64,000 bases of DNA from Burkholderiales bacterium (GCA_049802235.1 JBARMB010000096.1:7473-71472); one strand, 5' to 3'; shown: positions 57,917-64,000, numbered from the stretch's first letter. Numbers and translations: made by a program. The notes: generated by a model not told the origin, from the sequence alone.

Positions 57917-58794
57917 TCACATGGTCGCGCCGGCGCACCCTTGTCGCCGGTATTGCACTGATTCTGGCCGTCAACGCCGTGGCCCTGGCCGGGGTTGCCT
58001 ACAACCGCAGCGGCGATCCGGACAGCGTCCTGCGTTTGACCCAGCGTGAGCTGCAACCTCCTTATAGCTGGCGCAGCAGCGTCGAGAACAGCGGCGTCGC
58101 GCTCACTCTGCTTTGGCGGGTGCCCATCGAGGAAACCGCCGATTCGCCCGGCCCGGTGATGAATTTCGGCGGCATCGGCGGCAGCCCCGCCTGGCTGGAC
58201 AAAGCCAAGCTGGCGTCGCTCGGATTCGAGACATCCGAGCCAAAGGCCGCAGCGGACGGCAGCAAGCATTACGACAAGCAGCTGGCGAAGGAGGTGCTCC
58301 TGGTTCTGGAACTGGAGGGCCCGGCCTATCAGCAGTCGCTCGAGCGCGCCCGGCAGAACGCCGCCCGCGCCGAAGCGTCGTACGCCGCCAACGCCGGCAA
58401 CAAGGCCTTCGAGCAGCGAGCGAAAGCGGCGAAAGACCACGCCACCCGCGAGGAACGCGAAAACACCCGCCTGTTCGTCGTCGATGCCGGTCTCGACATC
58501 GGGACGCTGCGCGCAAAGTACCCGGATCGCGCGCGTTACGCGATCGTTCGCGGCCAGGTCCGTCCGCAGCGGGTCAGTCATGACAACGAACAGCGGCTCT
58601 CGGGATACGTCGGCGGCCTGAGCATCGATAAGATCAATGTGCCCGTGGCCTTCCGGCAGGTGTTCGAGCACTCGCCCCAGAACAATCGGGCAGGCCAAAA
58701 CAGTCCGTCGGCGCGCTACGAGGTTGAGGTGGCTTTCGGCAAACGGCTGGAACCGTGGATCACGGCAGCCTCGGAAAAAGCCGGTTCGGAGTAA
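57913..58794 (+). CDS. Membrane-anchored protein of unknown function (DUF4824-like by memory)
   Basis: 293 aa with an ATGA overlap with the upstream gene. It has a single N-terminal TM (LVAGIALILAVNAVALAGVAY) and then a soluble domain. Confidence 0.5.
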   Translation: MITWSRRRTLVAGIALILAVNAVALAGVAYNRSGDPDSVLRLTQRELQPPYSWRSSVENSGVALTLLWRVPIEETADSPGPVMNFGGIGGSPAWLDKAKLASLGFETSEPKAAADGSKHYDKQLAKEVLLVLELEGPAYQQSLERARQNAARAEASYAANAGNKAFEQRAKAAKDHATREERENTRLFVVDAGLDIGTLRAKYPDRARYAIVRGQVRPQRVSHDNEQRLSGYVGGLSIDKINVPVAFRQVFEHSPQNNRAGQNSPSARYEVEVAFGKRLEPWITAASEKAGSE

Positions 58795-58993
58795 AGGTTG
58801 CGGATTACCGTGTTTGCTTCGGCCAACCCGGTGTTCGAGCGGGACGCGGGCTGCGCTTGCCCGCGCACTCCGCGACACGGAGAATTCTCTGCGCGAATTC
58901 ATTGCACTCGCGGTCGCGAGATTGCCGCGCACGGGAACGGGAATCACCGGATATACCGCGGAACACTTCTGCTCGAAGACTGGAGGACAATTC

Positions 58994-59380
58994 ATGAGAG
59001 TCGCAGCGCTGGTCGTCGTTTTACTCGCCGGCTGCGCCACACCGGAGGGCGGCGTCACCGCAGCCAGGGACAGTTGGCACGGCGCCGCCTACGACGAGGT
59101 CGTGCTGCGCTGGGGCACGCCGGTCCGCAGCACCAAGCTCACCGACGGCCGCGACGTCTACACCTGGGTGTCCGAAGACGCGGCCTCTTCGGGAAGTGTC
59201 CGGCCGTCGATCGGCATCTACGGCGGCCGCGGCGGGATGGGCGTCGGCACCGGCGTGATCTTTGGACCCGGCGGCGAGATTGTCCGCTGCGAACGCACCC
59301 TGATCTTCAAGGACGGACGTGTAGAAGAACAGACCTGGCAGGGGCCGGCGGAGTACTGCGATACCTTCCGCCGGAACTGA
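58994..59380 (+). CDS. Lipoprotein of unknown function
   Basis: MRVAALVVVLLAGCATPEG contains a lipobox (LAGC). A GGAGGA RBS lies at 58983. It is 128 aa and internal to track ORF 58637..59380. Confidence 0.65.
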   Translation: MRVAALVVVLLAGCATPEGGVTAARDSWHGAAYDEVVLRWGTPVRSTKLTDGRDVYTWVSEDAASSGSVRPSIGIYGGRGGMGVGTGVIFGPGGEIVRCERTLIFKDGRVEEQTWQGPAEYCDTFRRN

Positions 59381-59559
59381 AGTTTCCGCATAACGAACAA
59401 TTCGTCTCTGACGCGACGGTTTTCCTTCCTGTACCTGATCCAGCAGGCGAGGCTGCCGCCCATGCGGGGTTTCACCTTGTGAGAAATCAGACACCTGAGT
59501 CTCCGGCTGCAACCTATCACAGACTGTATATCAACACAGTTTCCCAAAATGCGATGATT

Positions 59560-59588
59560 TTGCAGGCGATTTCTGGCAAGCGTAGACT
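59560..59588 (+). promoter_or_regulatory. Candidate cassette promoter (Pc-like)
   Basis: TTGCAG-N17-TAGACT points into the cassette array, about 40 bp upstream of the first GTT crossover core. Identified by pattern match only. Confidence 0.25.
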
Positions 59589-59641
59589 TCCGGGTCATGT
59601 TAGTTGGTTTTTCGGAAGATGATTGAACGTTAGCTGACAAG

Positions 59642-59899
59642 ATGATCGAGCAGAACAGCAATCCGAAGCCCAAGGTCACGCGTCACACCAAAGTAGTGAT
59701 CGTCGTCGTCTTTCTCTTGGTGGGCCTCGTCGGACTATATGTCGGAGGTCCTTTGCAGCGCTTCCGATCGAGTGAGGAAAACGCGTGTCACGAAAAGTGC
59801 GCCAAGCTGCAGCGCTCTTGGCGACTTGTCTCACCCTACCCACAAGGTACGGTTGGGCAGGGTCGCTACGACGGCCCGTGGAAGTGCGAGTGCTACTAG
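59642..59899 (+). CDS. Cassette 1 ORF: small membrane-anchored Cys-containing protein
   Basis: 85 aa with one TM (VVIVVVFLLVGLVGLYVGG) and a C-terminal part with 4 Cys (CHEKC...CEC). No clear RBS. Confidence 0.45.
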   Translation: MIEQNSNPKPKVTRHTKVVIVVVFLLVGLVGLYVGGPLQRFRSSEENACHEKCAKLQRSWRLVSPYPQGTVGQGRYDGPWKCECY

Positions 59900-59908
59900 C
59901 TCGTGTGG

Positions 59909-60002
59909 CTTGTCAGCTAACCCGTAGCTGGTGCGGACGGGCCGTCAGCGCCGTGCCACTATTTTGCGCCGTGCGGGCCCGCCGCACAGCACGACGTTAT
60001 GC
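59909..60002 (+). other. attC site 1
   Basis: CTTGTCAGCTAAC...CGGACGGGCC...GGCCCGCCG...GACGTTATGC. It is an imperfect dyad with unpaired bases. R'' is AGCTAAC and R' is GTTATGC. Confidence 0.8.
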
Positions 60003-60017
60003 GTTCGAGAGGAGGCA

Positions 60018-60752
60018 ATGATCGTAAGCGCCGAAACGATGGAATGGCTTCAGTGGGTAGGCCTGACGTCCTTCCCGTTATATCAAGTGGATGGCGAGGA
60101 TAAGCCTGTCGGCGTCGCTTCCGGCTGCCTAGTCAACATCGGCGGACGGAAGCTGATGCTCTCGGTTTCGCACGCAACTGGCAGCGGGCGTTGGGTCGCG
60201 GAAATGAAGTTCGATACAACTCTCGATAAGACCCTAGTTCATTACTTCGGAACGCAATGGACCGCGCGGCACCTTGACCAAACCACATTGATGTCTGAAG
60301 CACTGGATTTTTCCTTTACGGAAGTACCGGCCGACTTCTTTTCAATGATGCAAGAGCGCGATTCTGTCGGAACGATTGTGAATCAACGCCTACGACACGA
60401 GTTCATAACGTCGCTAACGGATCTCCCTATCAATGATGAGTTGTACGCATTCACCGGATGCGTACGCACTGCGCAACTCGATGAAACGACATATTGGTCA
60501 GAACCAAACGTATACCCCGGGCTAAGATACAGGCGCACGGAAGGGTACTACCACATGTTTGAACTACCAGTAGAACACCCTGGCCATGAGGCTTTCAAAG
60601 GCTGCAGCGGAGCCCCGATAGTTGATCGTAAACAAAGAATCGTTGCCCTCGTCTGCTCAGGCGATATCAATTCGAATACCATTACAGGTGTATCGGTACA
60701 TCACATCGCGCGTGCGGTTCATGCGTATCTCGGTGATGGCGGAAACGCATAA
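60018..60752 (+). CDS. Cassette 2 ORF: cytoplasmic trypsin/chymotrypsin-fold serine peptidase-like protein
   Basis: 244 aa with a GAGAGGAGG RBS and no signal peptide. The His-Asp-Ser order is suggested by GCLVNIGGRKLMLSVSHA, ALDFSFTEV and KGCSGAPIVD. Confidence 0.7.
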   Translation: MIVSAETMEWLQWVGLTSFPLYQVDGEDKPVGVASGCLVNIGGRKLMLSVSHATGSGRWVAEMKFDTTLDKTLVHYFGTQWTARHLDQTTLMSEALDFSFTEVPADFFSMMQERDSVGTIVNQRLRHEFITSLTDLPINDELYAFTGCVRTAQLDETTYWSEPNVYPGLRYRRTEGYYHMFELPVEHPGHEAFKGCSGAPIVDRKQRIVALVCSGDINSNTITGVSVHHIARAVHAYLGDGGNA

Positions 60753-60833
60753 CTCAAGGTCGAACGGACGGGCCATAGGCGACGTCCGATCGCTTAGCAT
60801 CGCGCTGGCCCGCCGTTCACCAGGACGTTAGAC
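60744..60833 (+). other. attC site 2
   Basis: AACGCATAAC (containing the ORF stop)...CGGACGGGCC...GGCCCGCCG...GACGTTAGAC. Confidence 0.8.
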
Positions 60834-60838
60834 CGCGC

Positions 60839-61321
60839 ATGGCTTCCGACATCACGCCGACCGCAATTGCCGCATGGTGGGGCGCGACCATCGCGACCCT
60901 GGTGTTCCTATGGGACATCTACAAGTGGCGCCAAGCTGGTGCCCGCATCCGGCTCACTGTGTCGCCCAACATGGAGCACATGGGCGTAATACCGAACTGG
61001 GTCGATCCGAATCAAACGTTGGTCGCCGTTGAAGCGGTGAACGTGGGGAACAAGAAGACAACTATCACCCACATGTTCGCTTGCTACTTTCCGAGTCGCT
61101 GGGCGCGCCTCCGTCGCAAGTCAACGAGGACACTTCTCGTCGGCCTACCGTCTGGAAATCAGCCGCTGCCGCACGAACTCGACCCCGGTGCACGGTGGAT
61201 CGGAGCCATGGTGCAGAATCAGGAACTAGAAGAGTTGAGTCGTAGCGGTTACTTGTGTGTCGGCATCCACCATTCAATGGCAAATAGGGGCCTACTTGTC
61301 CGCCTTGTCATTCCTGCGTAG
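60839..61321 (+). CDS. Cassette 3 ORF: membrane-anchored protein of unknown function
   Basis: 160 aa with an N-terminal TM (AIAAWWGATIATLVFLWDIY) and then a beta-rich soluble part. No family was recognised. Confidence 0.5.
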   Translation: MASDITPTAIAAWWGATIATLVFLWDIYKWRQAGARIRLTVSPNMEHMGVIPNWVDPNQTLVAVEAVNVGNKKTTITHMFACYFPSRWARLRRKSTRTLLVGLPSGNQPLPHELDPGARWIGAMVQNQELEELSRSGYLCVGIHHSMANRGLLVRLVIPA

Positions 61322-61322
61322 A

Positions 61323-61417
61323 GCGCGGTCTAACAACACGCCCCACCCGGACGCGCGCGAGCCAGCGTGCGTTTGCAGTCACCGGGGTGCGCGCGCCGGT
61401 GGGCGTGGACGTTGGGC
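61323..61417 (+). other. attC site 3
   Basis: GCGCGGTCTAAC-AACACGCCCCACCCGGACGCGCGC...GCGCGCGCCGGTGGGCGTGGAC-GTTGGGC. Confidence 0.8.
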
Positions 61418-61432
61418 CCCCTAGGAGATCGC

Positions 61433-62197
61433 ATGGCAATTCAGACGAGTGATCGACTTGCTGTCCTTATAGACGCCGACAACGCCCAGGCTTCAATCGC
61501 TCAAGAGCTATTGACGGAGATCTCCCGGTACGGAACGGCGAGCGTCAAGCGGGCCTACGGAGATTGGACGGCGGCGAATTTGAAAAGCTGGAAAGAGCAT
61601 CTCCATAAGCTCGCAATTCAGCCGATCCAGCAGTTCAGCTATACAACCGGCAAGAACGCCACGGATTCATCGCTGATAATCGACGCGATGGACCTTCTGC
61701 ATTCAGGTCGGGTTGACGGGTTCTGCCTCGTGTCGTCGGATAGTGATTTCACCAGACTTGCCACGCGCGTTCGCGAGTCAGGGGTAGTGGTCTACGGATT
61801 CGGCGAAGCCAAGACGCCCGAACCATTCGTATCTGCCTGCGACAAGTTCATCTACACCGAGATACTGCGTCCGAAGAAGACAGCGCAGGTCGTGCCCGCT
61901 AGCTCGACCGTCCCGCCGCTCGATGAAATCATCAAGACTGCTATCGAAGCTACCGCGAGAGAAAGCGGATGGTCTCCTTTGTCGGGCGTCGGAGCCATGA
62001 TCAGCAAGACCCACCCTTCATTTGACTCGAGGAATTACGGTTTCTCGAAGCTTGGCGAGCTGGTGCGTAAACAGGATTTCTTAGAGGTCAGTGAGGTCCA
62101 GACGGGCGACGGCTCGAACAATGTAGCTTTGTACGTTCGTGTTAGGGGCGCCCAACCCCGTGCTGCAGGGGACGCGCCGCAAGCGGCGCGCCTCTGA
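61433..62197 (+). CDS. Cassette 4 ORF: NYN-domain (LabA-like) nuclease with a C-terminal OST-HTH/LOTUS-like domain
   Basis: 254 aa with an AGGAG RBS. Typical NYN features are LAVLIDADNAQ..., YGDW and GFCLVSSDSDFTRLATRVRESG. The C-terminal ~70 aa (GWSPLSGVGAMISKTHPSFDSRNYGFSKLGELV) look like OST-HTH. Confidence 0.75.
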   Translation: MAIQTSDRLAVLIDADNAQASIAQELLTEISRYGTASVKRAYGDWTAANLKSWKEHLHKLAIQPIQQFSYTTGKNATDSSLIIDAMDLLHSGRVDGFCLVSSDSDFTRLATRVRESGVVVYGFGEAKTPEPFVSACDKFIYTEILRPKKTAQVVPASSTVPPLDEIIKTAIEATARESGWSPLSGVGAMISKTHPSFDSRNYGFSKLGELVRKQDFLEVSEVQTGDGSNNVALYVRVRGAQPRAAGDAPQAARL

Positions 62198-62212
62198 GCT
62201 TTGACGTTAGAG
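62145..62212 (+). other. attC site 4 (short, overlaps the ORF 3' end)
   Basis: GGGGCGCCCAAC...GGGGACGCGCCGC-AA-GCGGCGCGCCTC...GACGTTAGAG. Confidence 0.7.
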
Positions 62213-62224
62213 GTTACCGTAACG

Positions 62225-62671
62225 GTGGCAGCCGCACTGAAAGAAAAACTCCAAGCGCACGCCTTTGAGGCAGCGCTCGCGGCGCTTGGAACCGCTATTC
62301 CGACTTGGCTGTTACTTGCTGAGGCAGAGTTGGTGCCATATGTATCTCAAGTCAGTCCAACGACCGTTCTCCGAGCGGTTGCATTACTCGTGGCCATCGC
62401 GGGATGGTTAACTGCACTCCTGCTCTTCTTCAGACCTCGCCTCAAGTTTGATACAAGACTGGGCATATACCGAGACCGCAAGACTGGCGTTTACTACTGC
62501 TCTTCCTGCTACAGCGCAAAGGTCCGTGCCCCTCTCAAAGAATTTGAAAGTGGATGGCGCTGTGTCGTAAAGGATTGCCTAATGTGGTTTGAGAATCCCG
62601 ATTACAAGGCACCGCCTTCGCCACCTGCGCCTACTGAAAGTCGTCGAAGATCGTGGATTCGAGACTGGTAA
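62225..62671 (+). CDS. Cassette 5 ORF: two-TM protein with a C-terminal zinc-ribbon-like Cys motif
   Basis: About 148 aa from GTG 62225. The track start TTG 62201 lies before the cassette boundary. Features are two TM helices, CSSCYS...CVVKDC, and a Pro-rich tail. Confidence 0.45.
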   Translation: MAAALKEKLQAHAFEAALAALGTAIPTWLLLAEAELVPYVSQVSPTTVLRAVALLVAIAGWLTALLLFFRPRLKFDTRLGIYRDRKTGVYYCSSCYSAKVRAPLKEFESGWRCVVKDCLMWFENPDYKAPPSPPAPTESRRRSWIRDW

Positions 62672-62735
62672 CCTCTAACCACTTAATGCAGCCGACCGGC
62701 CGGAAGCGGCCGGCGGCTGATCAAGACCGTTGAGG
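62667..62735 (+). other. attC site 5
   Basis: GGTAACCTCTAAC (containing the stop)...CAGCCGACCGGCCG-GAAG-CGGCCGGCGGCTG...CCGTTGAGG. Confidence 0.75.
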
Positions 62736-62896
62736 CTGTATAAAAAGTCCCATCGTCGTATTCGAGCCATCAACATGCAGAAATCGGCCTCTCAGAATGC
62801 CCTGTATTCGACGATCGTGACCTCCGGAGAGGTAAACGTACTCCCGAGAATGATGCGATTTTTAAGTTTTAGACTTTTTATACAGCCTCGTTAGGT
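62730..62896 (+). other. ORF-less cassette-like unit with 18-bp perfect terminal inverted repeats
   Basis: It is bounded by GTTGAGG (62729) and GTTAGGT (62890). GAGGCTGTATAAAAAGTC (62732-62749) is the exact inverted repeat of GACTTTTTATACAGCCTC (62872-62889). The interior is AT-rich. Confidence 0.6.
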
Positions 62897-62900
62897 GTCT

Positions 62901-63164
62901 ATGACTACCCCGCGCAAAGGTTCATGGGTGAAAACGACCGTGGTTGCGGTAGCGGTGTTGGCAGCCGGCGTTATCTTGTGGGTCACCGAGCAATCTTTTG
63001 GTCCAGGATTTCGCCCAGTTCCTTTCGTGGAGAAATTTGGGTTCTTGGCCTTTGTCATTGGTGTGCTGGTGGCAATCGCTATCGTTGCTGCTCACTTGTG
63101 GCGAGAGTTCCGGTTGGTCAAGGATTTCGAGCAACGCTATGGCAAACGCGACCAAGACACCTAA
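62901..63164 (+). CDS. Cassette 7 ORF: small two-TM membrane protein
   Basis: 87-89 aa (ATG 62901 or GTG 62895) with two hydrophobic helices and a charged tail (EQRYGKRDQDT). Confidence 0.45.
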   Translation: MTTPRKGSWVKTTVVAVAVLAAGVILWVTEQSFGPGFRPVPFVEKFGFLAFVIGVLVAIAIVAAHLWREFRLVKDFEQRYGKRDQDT

Positions 63165-63248
63165 CCCCTCAATCCAGAGCGGACGGGCCGGAAGCGTTGT
63201 GCCTGTGGTTACATCGCAGCGGCCCGCCGCTGATTTCGAACGTTCGGC
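63155..63248 (+). other. attC site 7
   Basis: AGACACCTAAC (containing the stop)...CGGACGGGCCGGAAGCG...GCGGCCCGCCG...GAACGTTCGGC. Confidence 0.8.
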
Positions 63249-63274
63249 TGAGACACTTACACGAGGAGGAAGTT

Positions 63275-64000
63275 ATGTTAAGGAATGTTTGCGCAGGGAT
63301 CGATGTTTGCACGACACCCGAGCGATTGTTCGTAAAAGCCGTTACGGTTGTGAGAACGGCAGCGATCTTCTTCCCTGTGACCCTCTTGGTTCACGGCGGT
63401 GCAGCCAACGCCGCTGAAATCAAGGTCTTTACCGCTAGAGCGATCGCGACCGTGTTGGAGAAGATCGGGCCTGAGTTCGAGCGCACTACCGGCCACAAGC
63501 TCAACGTGATCACCGGCTTCAGCCCTATCTTCGTAAAGCGGATCAATGCTGGCGAGCCGTTTGATGTTGTTGTCAGTCCACCGCCTACCATCGACGGATT
63601 GATCAAGGACGGCAAGGTCCTTGCCGCTACGCGTACCAATCTCGTCCGCTCCGGCATTGGCGTGGAAGTGCGCGCGGGCGCGCCCAAACCTGACATCAGC
63701 TCGGTCGAGGCATTCAAGCGTGCGCTGCTCAATGCCAAATCGATCGGCTATCTCCCGATCGGTGGGGTGCCGCAGCTGGTCGATCGGCTTGGAATCGCGG
63801 ATGCCATCAAGTCGAAAACCACAATACCGGCTTCGGATATCGTTTCCGAACTTGTAGCCAAAGGCGAACTCGAGCTCGGGGTGGTGGTTATCACGCAGAT
63901 TCTGACGACACCCGGCGTCGAACTGGTCGGACCGCTCCCGCCGGAGATTCAGTTCTACACCGTGTTCACCGCTGGCGTCAGCGCCAACTCAAAGGCGCCG
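63275..64000 (+). CDS. Periplasmic substrate-binding protein, ModA/PBP2-like (3' end beyond window)
   Basis: The frame is open from ATG 63275 (AGGAGGA RBS) to the window edge, and it is not in the ORF track. AAEIKVFTARAIATVLEKIGPEFERTTGHKLNVITGFSP...PFDVVVS resembles molybdate/anion-type binding proteins. Confidence 0.65.
   Translation, partial: MLRNVCAGIDVCTTPERLFVKAVTVVRTAAIFFPVTLLVHGGAANAAEIKVFTARAIATVLEKIGPEFERTTGHKLNVITGFSPIFVKRINAGEPFDVVVSPPPTIDGLIKDGKVLAATRTNLVRSGIGVEVRAGAPKPDISSVEAFKRALLNAKSIGYLPIGGVPQLVDRLGIADAIKSKTTIPASDIVSELVAKGELELGVVVITQILTTPGVELVGPLPPEIQFYTVFTAGVSANSKAP

Larger units (their letters stand above)
59629..63248 (+). mobile_element. Integron-type gene-cassette array without an integrase in the window (CALIN-like)
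   Basis: Seven successive attC-like sites are all in the same orientation. The cassette-start sequences are exact reverse complements of the R'' side of their own attC. The ORFs are co-oriented and GC content is visibly lower than in the flanks. Confidence 0.85.

Noticed and set aside
59021-59679. Minus-strand ORFs 59021..59512 and 59218..59679 considered as real genes.
   Set aside because: Both overlap the well-supported lipoprotein gene on the plus strand and have low-complexity Arg-rich translations there. Only their first ~60 codons (59400-59600) are kept as a speculative intI relic; see the finding on the left border of the array.
62775-62894. 39-codon ORF (MQKSASQNALYSTIVTSGEVNVLPRMMRFLSFRLFIQPR) inside the ORF-less cassette.
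   Set aside because: It has no RBS, it runs through the right terminal inverted repeat and the GTT core, and its composition is unremarkable. I treat it as non-coding until shown otherwise.

Overview
This is 64 kb of a high-GC (roughly 65% by eye) proteobacterial chromosome. It is probably a betaproteobacterium, judged from a Bug/TctC binding protein, the cysE-iscRSUA-hscBA-fdx-iscX layout, the ispDF/mfd/serB neighbourhood, and a 219-aa clade-D beta-carbonic anhydrase that resembles Thiobacillus COS hydrolase. That taxonomic placement is inference only. Most of the window is core housekeeping: lplT, a LemA-TPM-TPM operon, udg-rimI-tsaB, a Bug/BKACE/tartrate-dehydrogenase/LIV-ABC/acyl-CoA-ligase block, ompR-envZ, thpR, ispDF, mfd, serB, the full ISC operon, cysE, trmJ, suhB, a dppABC-like importer, and argE. 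No rRNA genes, tRNA genes or CRISPR arrays were seen. Three accessory patches stand out. (1) 25.2-36.0 kb: the serB stop is followed by truncated gene relics (cytochrome b561, cstA), a 2552-aa glycine-repeat autotransporter, a second divergent 3' fragment of serB, another membrane-gene relic, and a BrnT / long BrnA / ParE toxin-antitoxin-toxin trio. (2) 40.4-43.5 kb: a COSase-like beta-CA, an amidohydrolase relic, a nitrilase and a PNPOx-family gene. (3) 59.4-64.0 kb: a lower-GC integron-type gene-cassette array with at least seven attC sites and no integron integrase in the window (CALIN-like or with a deleted intI). It carries orphan cassettes: a cytoplasmic trypsin-like protease, an NYN-OST-HTH protein, several small membrane proteins, and one ORF-less cassette. 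This array is my best candidate for undescribed biology. Several intergenic repeat classes are also present: a GTCATTCCCGCGAAAGCGGGAATCC-type REP family, a perfect 74-bp direct repeat inside the isc operon, and three intra-operon word-array palindromes. All functional names come from reading the translations against remembered family motifs. No database search was run.
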